Source: a virus (lineage: Duplodnaviria > Caudoviricetes). From it: a DNA stretch of 24,809 bases. The stretch spans positions 1 through 24,809 of the IMG/VR virus record IMGVR_UViG_3300049138_000126. One strand, written 5' to 3'. The notes beneath the pieces were generated by a model, which was not told the DNA's origin, ran no database searches, and saw only the letters and a program-made list of their open reading frames with translations. Position 1 is the stretch's first letter. Each line of letters begins with the position of its first letter. The position numbers and the translations under genes are program-made. Positions 16,169 to 24,809 of this stretch are shown piece by piece.

Positions 16169-16387
16169 ATGAACCGACTTGCCCTGGTCTTCCTGCTCGG
16201 TGCGGCACTTGCCGCGGTCGGCGTGGTAGTGCTGATCGCCAGCACGGACTTCGACCCGAACCCGTTCATGGAGAACCAGACGAACGAGACCGGTCAGCTC
16301 GCCGGCGTCGTCGTGGCTTCCGCTGGCGCCGTGATCGTTGCGATCGCCGCCGCCGCCCAGGCGGTCTGCCGGAGCATCCGCAGCTAA
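16169..16387 (+). CDS. Small two-TM membrane protein (72 aa), antisense moron in the tail region
   Basis: GAGAGG RBS before ATG 16169. Two hydrophobic helices joined by an acidic loop. TACAGT -10-like box at 16133-16138. Confidence 0.7.
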   Translation: MNRLALVFLLGAALAAVGVVVLIASTDFDPNPFMENQTNETGQLAGVVVASAGAVIVAIAAAAQAVCRSIRS

Positions 16388-16779
16388 GCGGCGGCCATCC
16401 GCCACAGGTAGACGTCGATCTGGTCCATCACGGCGATGCCGGTGGACTCGTCGCGCCCCGGCGGGTTCGTCAGTTCACGCCGGATCGGCCCCGATGACCA
16501 TCCGGCGACCGTGAGCCGCTGATCGGTGACCGTGGAGTCGACCTGGCTGGCAACGACCCGCGCCCCCTGCGCCGACTCCGCCACCGAATGGACGTAGGCC
16601 CGGTCGGTGGCCTCGTTCGAGGTCTGGCGGAGGTTGTCGCCACGATTGCGCCCGCCCGCGAAGTAGACGACGACGTACGGCGGTTCCAGCCCGACAGGGA
16701 CGTCGCCGTCGACCACCGTGATGTTGGGGTTGGTCTCCAGCAGTGCCAGGAACGCTGCGGCAGCAGCCTCAGCTACCAC
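16384..16779 (-). CDS. Tail terminator/completion protein
   Basis: VVDGDVP...PPYVVVY motif, ~131 aa, canonical position before the tail tube. Likely GTG start at 16779. Confidence 0.72.
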   Translation of the reverse strand: MVAEAAAAAFLALLETNPNITVVDGDVPVGLEPPYVVVYFAGGRNRGDNLRQTSNEATDRAYVHSVAESAQGARVVASQVDSTVTDQRLTVAGWSSGPIRRELTNPPGRDESTGIAVMDQIDVYLWRMAAA

Positions 16780-17155
16780 CGAGCACGTCCTCAATGGCGT
16801 CGCCGAGGTAGCGTTCCAGCCGCGGTGTCTCCCGGTCCAGGGCAGGCATACCGCCGGGGATCGGGGCGTTGTTCACGGTCCCGAACTCGATGATGTTGCC
16901 CAGAGCGCCCTGCGCACGGCCCTTGTCGGGGCCGATCTCCCACTCCACCGCACCGGCCGAGAACTTGCGGTCGTAGTTGACCGCCCGCGACAAAGGCTCG
17001 ATGTAGGAGTGACCCGACCAGGTCTCAGCCCAGTCTTTCTTGATGTTGAGCGCGGCCTTCTCGCCGACCTTCACGACCTCGTCATGCAGGGCCTTCGGGA
17101 GGCGGTCGAGCTCGGTGATGTACGCGCGGAGCTCGGCGTCGTCGATGTCCATCAT
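16769..17155 (-). CDS. HK97 gp10-like neck protein
   Basis: EIGPDK...GALGNIIEFGT...PAL motif, position, ATGA overlap. Confidence 0.72.
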   Translation of the reverse strand: MMDIDDAELRAYITELDRLPKALHDEVVKVGEKAALNIKKDWAETWSGHSYIEPLSRAVNYDRKFSAGAVEWEIGPDKGRAQGALGNIIEFGTVNNAPIPGGMPALDRETPRLERYLGDAIEDVLGGS

Positions 17156-17550
17156 CCGGTCACCTCCGTGCACATGACCCGCCGTGAGGTCGCATGGGAC
17201 TTGTGGTGCAGGTCCTTGATGCGTACGACCCTGCCGACCAGGTCGGGGTCATGCACGGAGGTGTCGATCGTGATCTCGTCACCCTTCCGCAGGCCCGTGA
17301 CCGCGATCGGCAACTGCACCTGGAGGGTCAGCAAGACCAAGGCGGCTTCCCCGATGTCCCTCGGTTCACCCCAGCCGCCGTTGGTCTGCACACGACACTT
17401 CTGCGCCGCATACAGCACCGAGTACGTCGGTGTCACTGCGCCGGTCGTCAGGTTCGTGGTGTCGCCCGTGCGGCGACGGATCGTGCACGAGTCGACCATC
17501 AACGCCTCAGCCGCCGCCCGCCCTTGGGCGAGCAGGTCACTGGCATTCAT
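17152..17550 (-). CDS. Head-tail stopper/closure protein (DUF6093-like)
   Basis: GRAAAEALMVDSCTIRR...KCRVQ...DPDLVGR...KSHATSRR, and position. Confidence 0.72.
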   Translation of the reverse strand: MNASDLLAQGRAAAEALMVDSCTIRRRTGDTTNLTTGAVTPTYSVLYAAQKCRVQTNGGWGEPRDIGEAALVLLTLQVQLPIAVTGLRKGDEITIDTSVHDPDLVGRVVRIKDLHHKSHATSRRVMCTEVTG

Positions 17551-17911
17551 CGCGGATCGCAATCGAGAACGCGGACCCCAGGCCCGCGGCCCGGCGGATC
17601 CGACGCGACTCGTCCCGGGACACCTCGAACGACGTGACGGTCTCTGACGCGTACGTCAAGATCTGCGTGTAGTCGTCGATCGTCCCCTGCTGCGACCGGA
17701 GCCCCGACGGGTTCGTGAACAACCGCTTCGCCATGTCCAACGCCACCGAGAAGAACCGGGACTCGTCGGTGGCGTCGAAGCGGGCCTGCCCGACCGCGTT
17801 GATGATCTCCACGCGCACTTTCCGCTCCAGGAGCAGGTACGTGCCCTCGTCGATCGCTGACGGGTCGACCTGAAGGAAGGCGGCCAAGTCGTCCTTGGTG
17901 AACAGCGCCAT
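17537..17911 (-). CDS. Head-tail adaptor/connector protein
   Basis: MALFTKDDLAAFLQ...MAKRLFTNPSGLRSQQGTIDDY, follows the capsid genes. Confidence 0.78.
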   Translation of the reverse strand: MALFTKDDLAAFLQVDPSAIDEGTYLLLERKVRVEIINAVGQARFDATDESRFFSVALDMAKRLFTNPSGLRSQQGTIDDYTQILTYASETVTSFEVSRDESRRIRRAAGLGSAFSIAIRDECQ

Positions 17912-17923
17912 GACCGCCTCCCC

Positions 17924-18271
17924 CTATTCGTCGATGACGCCGGAGTCGGCCAGCGCAGCGATGATGTCGTCCCTGGTGTCGTCGTCCTCTACCTGGACAC
18001 CATGGTTGGCCGCGAACAGCGCCCATGCGTCCCGGCTGGAGCCCTTCCCGGCCCGGGGCGGCTCGACGACGGCATCCGTGGGCTCGTCCTCCTCAACCTG
18101 GGACGACTCGAACTCTGCAGCCGCCTCGACGACCGCGTCCGGGTCTTCCCACACGCCAGGGTTAGTGATGAGCGTCAGCAGACGACCCTCCACTTCGGTG
18201 CCGCGGTTCAGGACCACGGTCCGGCCCGTCTCCGGGTCGTGCACGTGGACCGTCAATGCGAGTTTCGGCAT
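17924..18271 (-). CDS. Hypothetical capsid-associated protein with a C-terminal small helical domain
   Basis: 115 aa; PPRAGKGSSRDAWALFA...TRDDIIAAL; GGAGGA RBS; directly after the major capsid gene. Confidence 0.7.
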   Translation of the reverse strand: MPKLALTVHVHDPETGRTVVLNRGTEVEGRLLTLITNPGVWEDPDAVVEAAAEFESSQVEEDEPTDAVVEPPRAGKGSSRDAWALFAANHGVQVEDDDTRDDIIAALADSGVIDE

Positions 18272-18280
18272 GATGTCCTC

Positions 18281-19315
18281 CTACTGGACGTCGGCGACCA
18301 TGAGCCGGTTCGGGTCGGTCAGGACGGGCATGCCGACCCCGGTGACCTTGGTCCAGGTGCGGACAGGGTCGCCCTCCTTGAGGACGACGCCCACCAGGCC
18401 GGGAGCGTCGGAGAACTCGAGGGACGGGTTCCCCACACCGGCGAGTTCGAGCGCTTCCGCGGTGATGCCCCACGCGGTGTAACCCAGCGTGGACGGGTCC
18501 TGCGGGAGCATGATGAACCGGTCCGCGGGGATCACGCGGGTGTCGACGTCATCGACGTTGACCTGCGTGTCGTACTCCACCAGGGTCGGCAGGCCATAGG
18601 CCTGCAGGACGGTGGTGAGGTTCGCGGGCGTGACGATGGACGGCGTTCCCGCCATGGAGCCCACCAGGGCCCGGATCTCCGCGTTGCGCAGCAGGTTCCC
18701 GATGACCGCACGAGACGTCAAGGCGAACGCAGGGCGCTCACCGTTGAGCGCCACGTACGTGTCGGTCCACGACATGATGTCGGCCAGCGGCGTCGCGGTT
18801 GCGATCGTCGACCAGGGCGTGCCCGGGGCGACGAGGTTCCCGGCAGGGACACCCCAGTCGGCCTCGAGCGTGAGCCCGTTCTCGTCGGTCAGCGTGAACT
18901 TGCCGTCCACGAGGACGTCGCCGCGGGCGAGCTCCATGCGAGCCCGCACCGCGCGGGTGTTGATCTCGGCGTCGTCGAAGATCGCGTCGACTAGCGCCGG
19001 GTTGGCGTCGCCGTTGTTGCGCAGCGCCTCCATCTTGAGGCGCTCGTACTCGCCGACGACGGTCTTCTGACCCAGCGGCGGCAGTTCGACTTCCTTGCGG
19101 GTGTAACCGTCCCGCTGCCCGATCGGAGTCTCCGCGTCGTACGTCCGGAACTTCGCAGTCCGGTTCTTGCGGGTCACCGAGTCGATCCGGGCCGTGATGT
19201 CAGAGAACTGACGGTCGGGAAGGAACTGGTTGAGGATCTGGTTGGCAGGCAGCGGCACTTCGCGCACGAACGCGGTCAGCTCCGCCGGGTCAACGAGATC
19301 AGTAACGATAGGCAT
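18281..19315 (-). CDS. Major capsid protein (lambda gpE-like family)
   Basis: 344 aa; AKFRTYDAETPIG...LPPLGQK...RMELARGDVL...DP...WTK...MPVL; follows scaffold and decoration genes. Confidence 0.9.
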   Translation of the reverse strand: MPIVTDLVDPAELTAFVREVPLPANQILNQFLPDRQFSDITARIDSVTRKNRTAKFRTYDAETPIGQRDGYTRKEVELPPLGQKTVVGEYERLKMEALRNNGDANPALVDAIFDDAEINTRAVRARMELARGDVLVDGKFTLTDENGLTLEADWGVPAGNLVAPGTPWSTIATATPLADIMSWTDTYVALNGERPAFALTSRAVIGNLLRNAEIRALVGSMAGTPSIVTPANLTTVLQAYGLPTLVEYDTQVNVDDVDTRVIPADRFIMLPQDPSTLGYTAWGITAEALELAGVGNPSLEFSDAPGLVGVVLKEGDPVRTWTKVTGVGMPVLTDPNRLMVADVQ

Positions 19316-19330
19316 GTGTCATTCCCTCCC

Positions 19331-19720
19331 TTACCGGACCACGATCCGGCCGGCCATGTCGGTGCCAGCGGCAGCGTCATAACCGGATTCGGCCGGCAGG
19401 CGGTCTTCGATGACCATGCCGTGCTCGAGCAGCGGGGCCCCGACGTCAGCCGTGCCCTTGATCGAGATCGAGTTGAACAGGAACCCCGCAGCGACCTGCT
19501 GACCGGTGGCCAGGGCGTCGTCGTAGGGCCCGTAGAGTCCCGTCGCGGTGATCCGACCGACCACGGTCCCGGAAGGGATGTACCCGTCCGGGTAGTGCGT
19601 GGCCTCGGTGAACGCCGAAACGTCGAGCGTGATGGTGCGCGTGGCCTCGGTGCCATGAGCCGATCCCAGCCAGGACCGGTCCTCAACACCCCAGGTTTCG
19701 CTGCGGACGGAAATGTCCAC
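19331..19720 (-). CDS. Head decoration (capsid stabilising) protein
   Basis: 129 aa; EDRSWLGSAHG...YPDGYIPSG...GLYGPYD...AGFLF...HG; GGAGG RBS. Confidence 0.8.
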   Translation of the reverse strand: MDISVRSETWGVEDRSWLGSAHGTEATRTITLDVSAFTEATHYPDGYIPSGTVVGRITATGLYGPYDDALATGQQVAAGFLFNSISIKGTADVGAPLLEHGMVIEDRLPAESGYDAAAGTDMAGRIVVR

Positions 19721-19759
19721 TGTTACCTCCTAGTGGTATCCCCGCCCGGCACGGGGTCG

Positions 19760-20269
19760 TCATTTACCGGGATCACCGAACCGGGCTCGCGCCCGTGCCT
19801 TACCGGCTTCTTTCGGGTTCTTGACCGCACCAGGGCGGGCGCCCTGGGACGGATCGGGTTTCTGCTGCTGCACGGTGACCCGCTCGCCTTGGAGAGCGAC
19901 CAGCCGTTCAGCCTGTTTCGCGATCGACTCCTCATCGGAGCCGGTCAGGAAAATCTCGGCGTCCTCATCGGAGAGGCCGTGTTTGGTGGCGATCCGGTAC
20001 CGCAGAGCCTCGGTCTCAGCCTTCGCGGCCTTCCGCTCCATCTCAGCGAGCAGCTCGTTCGCCTTCTCGAGGTCCGATTTCCGTTGGTCCTCGATCTCTT
20101 TGAGCCGGTCCGCTGCAGGCTTGGCGGCCTTCAGCTGGTCCTTGAGCTCTTTGATCTGCCGTTCGGCTTCCTTGCGGGCGTCGCGCTCCGCTGTCAGGGC
20201 TTTCAGGCCGGATTCGCCGAGCTGCTCCGGGGGAGCGCCTGCCGGCTCGTTCGGGTCGGGTTCGGACAT
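19760..20269 (-). CDS. Capsid scaffolding protein (169 aa)
   Basis: Coiled-coil, charged; LGESGLKALTAER...PDPSQG; GGAGGA RBS before ATG 20269. Confidence 0.82.
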   Translation of the reverse strand: MSEPDPNEPAGAPPEQLGESGLKALTAERDARKEAERQIKELKDQLKAAKPAADRLKEIEDQRKSDLEKANELLAEMERKAAKAETEALRYRIATKHGLSDEDAEIFLTGSDEESIAKQAERLVALQGERVTVQQQKPDPSQGARPGAVKNPKEAGKARARARFGDPGK

Positions 20270-20327
20270 CGCGTCCTCCATGTCGGGGCCGACATCGCAT
20301 CGGCCGTTCACCGGCCCCGCAGGGCCG
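20264..20327 (-). promoter_or_regulatory. Three-hairpin mRNA leader of the scaffold gene, two loops GCGAU
   Basis: CGGCCC-UGCG-GGGCCG; GGCCGAU-GCGAU-GUCGGCC; GGAC-GCGAU-GUCC, the last containing the AUG. Confidence 0.6.
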
Positions 20328-20339
20328 TGGTCTCAGGGG

Positions 20340-21293
20340 CTAGTAGATGTAGCCGTGGAGCTTCAAGAGCCGAAGCGCGTCGGGGTGGTCCTTGGCGATC
20401 TCGTAGATGCTCTCGGGCATCAGCCGGGTCAACTGCTGCCCGCGGGAGCCCGTCACCCGAAGCTCAGCCGTGGTGAACAAGTCCGCGCCGAACACGTTCC
20501 GGCGGCGCAGACTTCGCCGTTGCCCTTCGGCGGCGCCGGTCATCCCGGCGGCTTTCCGTCGGGCGTTCACGACACGGGCCATGTCGGCTCCGTCGCGGAT
20601 CGCCTGCGCGCCAGCGTTCGTGAATATCCGGTCCTGCTCGGCCTTCGACAGCGAATCGAAGTACGCTTTCGGGTCGGTGATCAAGTCTTCGCGCGGATCC
20701 CCCACCACGGGCACCGAGATGCAGTTGCACTTCGGGTGTCGTTTGAAATCCGTCTTCCACGACCGGTCCGACCCGGCGAGGATGATGCACCTGGAGCACG
20801 ACGGAGGCGTGATGGCCCGCGCGTACCGGGTCACGCGCCTCGTGGTCGAGACGATCGTCGGGGCGATCCGATAGGCGTCCGCGACCTGCGTCGCGGCGAT
20901 CATGCGAGTGTGCGCCTGTCCGAACGCCATCGCCTTCGCGACGGTCGCACCCCGCTTCAGGGCTTCGATCGCCGTGAACGCCGGCGAGAGCAGCAACGTG
21001 TCAAGGGGCCTGCCGTCCGATGCCCATCCTGCGAGCGCGAGCGGCAGGATGTGACCGTCGGTCGGGTTGTCGCCGCCCTGGACGCGGATGGCCTCGTCGA
21101 CGAACGGTGTCGCCTGCCCGGCCGCCTGCGCCTGCGCGGTCACGATCGACCGCAGCAGCAGCGGGACGAGCGCCCTCCACGAGTCGAGGATCCGCGACTG
21201 GTCTACTTGCGCCCACAGGGTGCTGGCGGTCTTCTCGGCCGCGGCGGCGGCTTGGTCAGTTCGTTTCTTGTAGCTCAGCGCGGCCCGCAGCAC
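20340..21293 (-). CDS. MuF-like minor head / capsid maturation protein
   Basis: 317 aa between portal and scaffold; CSRCIILAG...FKRHPKCNC motif; AGGAGG RBS; 38-nt overlap with the portal 3' end. Confidence 0.8.
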   Translation of the reverse strand: MLRAALSYKKRTDQAAAAAEKTASTLWAQVDQSRILDSWRALVPLLLRSIVTAQAQAAGQATPFVDEAIRVQGGDNPTDGHILPLALAGWASDGRPLDTLLLSPAFTAIEALKRGATVAKAMAFGQAHTRMIAATQVADAYRIAPTIVSTTRRVTRYARAITPPSCSRCIILAGSDRSWKTDFKRHPKCNCISVPVVGDPREDLITDPKAYFDSLSKAEQDRIFTNAGAQAIRDGADMARVVNARRKAAGMTGAAEGQRRSLRRRNVFGADLFTTAELRVTGSRGQQLTRLMPESIYEIAKDHPDALRLLKLHGYIY

Positions 21294-22635
21294 TCACGGC
21301 CTCCTGCTGGCGAGCGAGAACAGACAACGGGTCACGCTCAAGCGCTTCCCGCTCCTCGTCCTCCATCAACTCGATCTGCGTGTCGGTGTAGCCAACATCC
21401 AGACGGGTCTGACGGAGCGTCGAGATACCCACTTGGAACTTCTTCACTGAAGCGTCCGCGACCTGCGCGACCGTCGGTGTTGAAGCGTCACGCCACACCG
21501 TCTCCATGCGCCGCAGGTCCGCGCCGTCGACGTCCAGCTTCGCGATTGTGGCCGCGATCCGCATGACCTGCTCCCACGCGCCGCCGAACACCCGCTGCTT
21601 GCGCTCGACCCGCTTCACCAGCTGCGCCTCCGAAGAACGGATCGCATCAGCCGAAGCCGGGTTCGTGCCAGCGAACTGCAAGTAGTGCGGAGGCAGCGCG
21701 AGCATCTGCGAAGCGACCTGCGCCAGCAGTTTGATCGTGTCGTGGAAGTTCGAGAGTGCCGCCTCGGGGAACTGCACGACGTCGGCCTCTTCGCCCTTGC
21801 GTTGGCTTGTCGCCCACTCCCGGCCGGCCACTTTCTCCCACGTGGACAGCGGTTTGCCGTTCTCGTCGACGAAGTCGTCCTCGTTGAGGCCGAACCAGAC
21901 CCTTCGGGGCATCGCGTGGTACTCGCCGGAGATCATCATGTCCGTCGCCATCTTGTTCGCGGCGTCCGCAATCGGGATGACATCGGCGAGTTCGCTCGTA
22001 CCCTGAGGCTTCAACATTCGAGGGCGGTTCACCAACGGCACTACCGAGCAGAACCCACGATTGTGATCGGTCTGGTCCTCCAGGACCCACTTACCGCCCT
22101 CATAGACGTAGAACCGGTCGACGCCCTCGGTGTATAGCGTGGAATGCAGCTGATCGTCGTCGTCGGTCCACCGCTTCAGCCCCCAGATGACCTTCCGAGT
22201 TCGGGGGTCATGGTGGGTGATGACTTGACTGGGGTGCTCCACGGTGATGACCGGCAGTTCCGGCTCGTCCGGATTGGGGCCCACGATCGCATAGGAGCGC
22301 TTCAGGATCAGCGACTCCAGGTGCGCCTGCTGCGACACCTCATCGAGGTCGTTCGCCTGCCAGATGCCCCATAGCCGGTCGTCCGCCTTCGCTTCGCCGG
22401 GGAGTCGGAAACCCTCCACATCAAGGCGGTTCTCGTAGGCGTCCACGCCCATCCGCGGCCAGTTGATCACCAGTTGGGTGATCCGGTCGCCGATTTCCTG
22501 CTGCAACGCCGGGGCCATGTAGCACAGCGGCTGGTCACCCTCGTAGTAGCGGTTCAGTTTCCGCAGTTCGGCATGTTCAGCGGCGAGCTGCCCCGACAGG
22601 TACTCGACCATCTCGACAGGGGTGCGTTCAGGCAC
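21256..22635 (-). CDS. Portal protein (SPP1 gp6-like)
   Basis: 459 aa; RYYEG...NWPRMGVD...RLDVEGF...WQANDLD...SADAIRSSEAQL...WRD; follows terL. Confidence 0.92.
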   Translation of the reverse strand: MPERTPVEMVEYLSGQLAAEHAELRKLNRYYEGDQPLCYMAPALQQEIGDRITQLVINWPRMGVDAYENRLDVEGFRLPGEAKADDRLWGIWQANDLDEVSQQAHLESLILKRSYAIVGPNPDEPELPVITVEHPSQVITHHDPRTRKVIWGLKRWTDDDDQLHSTLYTEGVDRFYVYEGGKWVLEDQTDHNRGFCSVVPLVNRPRMLKPQGTSELADVIPIADAANKMATDMMISGEYHAMPRRVWFGLNEDDFVDENGKPLSTWEKVAGREWATSQRKGEEADVVQFPEAALSNFHDTIKLLAQVASQMLALPPHYLQFAGTNPASADAIRSSEAQLVKRVERKQRVFGGAWEQVMRIAATIAKLDVDGADLRRMETVWRDASTPTVAQVADASVKKFQVGISTLRQTRLDVGYTDTQIELMEDEEREALERDPLSVLARQQEAVSAAGRAELQETN

Positions 22636-22638
22636 GAC

Positions 22639-24264
22639 TTACCCCCGTCTCACGATCATCTTCGAGCTTCGTCGCTGCCAATTGCCCCCAGCGAGGGCGT
22701 CGAGTCGTGCCTGCCAGCTCAAACAGCCGGCCATGGCGAGGTCGATGTACTTCTCCGAGTCGGGCCGTTCCTTGTAAATCGTCCACAGCGGGGTGTCGTC
22801 GTCGTCCAGGACCTTGACACTGCTGCGGCGAGCGTTAGCGATATGGCGAGCCAGGTCGGAGTCACCGGAGTGCGACAACTGACCAGACGTCATTGCGGTC
22901 CTATAGGCCCGCATGGCTTGGCCGATTTGCTTCTGCCGGTTCGTGTACCACTCCATGACGCGCTTCTGGCCGTACTTCCCGGCCCACTTCGCGACGTTGT
23001 CCTCGAACCGTGGCGGATCGGCGTAGAGCAGCACGACCCGCCAACGCTGCATCGCTTCTTCCAGCGCGCCGTTGACCTGGTCGTCGGTGACTTCCCAGTC
23101 CACTTCCTTCGGGAGGTCTTCGGGTTTCTCCCACAGCGCGATCGGCCATTGGTGGCCCGTCTCGATGTGTGTGGCCACGAATCCGCAAGCGTCTCGCCAG
23201 CGGGCGCCGTCGAAACCGAGCACAATCGGCTCCTTGTCGGCGATCACCAGGTCGGCGCGGGTCAACTCGCTCCAGCGGACCGGATCGAACGCCTGCCGGG
23301 AGCTCGCAACCCACCGGTTCAGCCAGACCCGCTCGAAGTACGCCTGGTCGGTGTCGTCCTGGTGGTACAGCGACATGATCGAGTCGATGTCGGACCATTT
23401 CGCGACCGCTGGACCCGATGCCTCAACGATCGCCGCCCGCAGACCCTCATCGGTCTCCAAGTCATGCGACGGGCTCGCCTCTCGGTGGAAGTAGAACAAC
23501 TGCGGGTCCCGCGCCTTGCCGGCGTGGACCTTCTCCGCGTAGTCCTTCTCCGTCTCCGCCACCGACCGTTCCCCAGGAACACCCGCGGTCGTCGTTGACA
23601 GGCTCCATGGGTCCGCGATCGGACGCTTCGGGATGTTCTGCAGCATCGTCTGATGCGCGTCAATCAACTTCGGGAGCGTCATCCGGTGCGGCTCATCGAA
23701 ATGCTGAAACGTCGTTCTCGCGCCGTCGCGGGAGTTCGGGGCCGCCGCCAAAGCGACTGCCTTCCCGTCGCCGTTCCAGCGAGTGATCCGCTCCAACGTC
23801 GGGTCAAACAAGTCCGCGTCCGTGGACTCCTCGCACATCAGCTTGAGCGCCGCGTACGCGAGCTCCTCAGTCTGCTCCTCCGTGTACGCCACCATGGGGA
23901 TGTACGGGTCCCGCACCGGCCTGCCGACAGGGTTCCCGTTGGCATCGAACCCGTCGCAGCGCACCGGTCCCTCAGGGTGCAGTTCGGCGAAAGCGATCCA
24001 CGCGGCCTTCTCGGTCTTCGCCGTCCCCTTGCGAAGCGAGATGCACACTCGCTTGAACCGGCGCCGCCCCGCCTTCGGATGCCCCTGCGGGTACACCTCG
24101 TAGGCCCGATAGATCAACGCCCGCGTCTCATCGTCGATCACCGCGGGCTCGCCACGGAGGTCACCGGGCCCGAATGTGCATCGTTCCTCGATCAGGTCGC
24201 AGATCTGCGGCCCGAGAGTGGACCAGGGGGTTTCATCGAGCGGAGGGACGATCAGCCCCGTCAC
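22639..24264 (-). CDS. terL: Terminase large subunit
   Basis: 541 aa; Walker A-like LRKGTAKT, Walker B FQHFDE, TTAG motif, nuclease LGFDG...D and YIDLAMA. Confidence 0.93.
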   Translation of the reverse strand: MTGLIVPPLDETPWSTLGPQICDLIEERCTFGPGDLRGEPAVIDDETRALIYRAYEVYPQGHPKAGRRRFKRVCISLRKGTAKTEKAAWIAFAELHPEGPVRCDGFDANGNPVGRPVRDPYIPMVAYTEEQTEELAYAALKLMCEESTDADLFDPTLERITRWNGDGKAVALAAAPNSRDGARTTFQHFDEPHRMTLPKLIDAHQTMLQNIPKRPIADPWSLSTTTAGVPGERSVAETEKDYAEKVHAGKARDPQLFYFHREASPSHDLETDEGLRAAIVEASGPAVAKWSDIDSIMSLYHQDDTDQAYFERVWLNRWVASSRQAFDPVRWSELTRADLVIADKEPIVLGFDGARWRDACGFVATHIETGHQWPIALWEKPEDLPKEVDWEVTDDQVNGALEEAMQRWRVVLLYADPPRFEDNVAKWAGKYGQKRVMEWYTNRQKQIGQAMRAYRTAMTSGQLSHSGDSDLARHIANARRSSVKVLDDDDTPLWTIYKERPDSEKYIDLAMAGCLSWQARLDALAGGNWQRRSSKMIVRRG

Positions 24265-24719
24265 TTCACCGCCTGAAGCAGACTCCGCGGATCGGCAGCC
24301 GGCTCCGAAGACTCTCGAGGCTTCTCCGCAGCGGTCTTCCGCTTCCGGGTGTTCTCCTCCGCCGCCTCGCCGCGGTCAATCTCCCACTGGAGACGCCGGC
24401 GGTCCAACGGAGTGATCCCGTACAACTGCCCTTGCATGCGGATCTCCGCCGACAACTTCACCCGCAGGTTCGCGTTGTCCGCAGTCCAATAGTCATCCAC
24501 CAGGATCGCCAGCCGGATCAGGCCGTGCTTGTCGGAGTCGTCGTACTCGGGCGCCATCGGAGACGCCCAGATGTCCTTCCACCACTCCAACGTCTGCGAA
24601 TGCCAGTCCTTACCCTCAGGGAGCGAAGGCGCCTCGACGTCATGCACCAGCGTCAGGGTCGCCCTGGTCGTGGTTTGGTTCCGTCGAGCCGGATTGCGTT
24701 TCGGTTGAGGCCCAGGCAT
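24261..24719 (-). CDS. terS: Terminase small subunit
   Basis: 152 aa; MPGPQPK...RRN...WWKDIWASP...EIRMQGQLYGITPLDRRRLQW; 4-nt overlap with terL; AGGAGG RBS. Confidence 0.85.
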   Translation of the reverse strand: MPGPQPKRNPARRNQTTTRATLTLVHDVEAPSLPEGKDWHSQTLEWWKDIWASPMAPEYDDSDKHGLIRLAILVDDYWTADNANLRVKLSAEIRMQGQLYGITPLDRRRLQWEIDRGEAAEENTRKRKTAAEKPRESSEPAADPRSLLQAVK

Positions 24720-24779
24720 CGCGCCCTCCTCGAAGTGAGAGCGGATCGCCCGCTCAACTGATGGTCACAGTGAGTGACC
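24714..24779 (-). promoter_or_regulatory. Three-hairpin mRNA leader of terS, two loops GCGAU
   Basis: GGUCAC-UCACU-GUGACC; GAGCGG-GCGAU-CCGCUC; GGGC-GCGAU-GCCU, the last containing the AUG. Confidence 0.6.
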
Positions 24780-24809
24780 GAAAACTTGGGGAACCCGTAC
24801 GCGGAGAAA

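Larger units (their letters stand above)
3967..24809 (-). mobile_element. Siphovirus-type actinobacterial (pro)phage, packaging-head-tail-lysis module, continuing beyond the right edge
   Basis: Complete canonical gene order with tight translational coupling and no visible inactivating stops. Left boundary uncertain. Confidence 0.93.

Noticed and set aside
17545-17565. Further GCGAUG start contexts (stopper gene at 17550, also 5681) as additional GCGAU hairpins
   Set aside because: Flanks do not form a clean stem, so they were not counted in the motif.
19821-21566. 581-aa plus-strand ORF, and similar long ones such as 8516-9931, 11965-13143 and 22474-23598
   Set aside because: Antisense shadows of well-supported phage genes in high-GC DNA. 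Arg/Pro-rich with no motifs.
24780-24809. Possible cos/packaging region upstream of terS
   Set aside because: The position fits, but the window ends here and no cos sequence can be identified from what is visible.
1-24809. CRISPR array, tRNA, rRNA, integrase or transposase
   Set aside because: No spaced direct repeats, cloverleaf-like segments or recombinase motifs found by eye. Intergenic gaps are mostly too short.

Overview
High-GC actinobacterial DNA with two convergent blocks. Right block (about 4017-24719, minus strand) is an apparently intact siphovirus late operon: terS, terL, portal, MuF-like protein, scaffold, head decoration, major capsid, head-tail connectors, tail tube, tail assembly chaperone with a -1 frameshift (CCCTTTC), tape measure, one large tail-tip protein, three tandem paralogous ~168-aa tail proteins, a Tat-signal protein, and a lysis cassette (endolysin, two single-TM proteins, holin). 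Two small antisense genes interrupt this operon. Left block (40-3859, plus strand) holds a TraB/FtsK-like membrane ATPase, a small ORF, an Aca2/YdiL-like HTH protein and a compact ATP-dependent DNA ligase. The blocks meet at two terminators flanking an 11-8-11 inverted repeat that may be an att site. The most notable non-coding signal is a matching three-hairpin leader before both terS and scaffold, in which two hairpins carry a GCGAU loop and the last one contains the start codon. No integrase, replicon, tRNA, rRNA or CRISPR array was seen. All product calls come from motif reading and gene order, not database searches.
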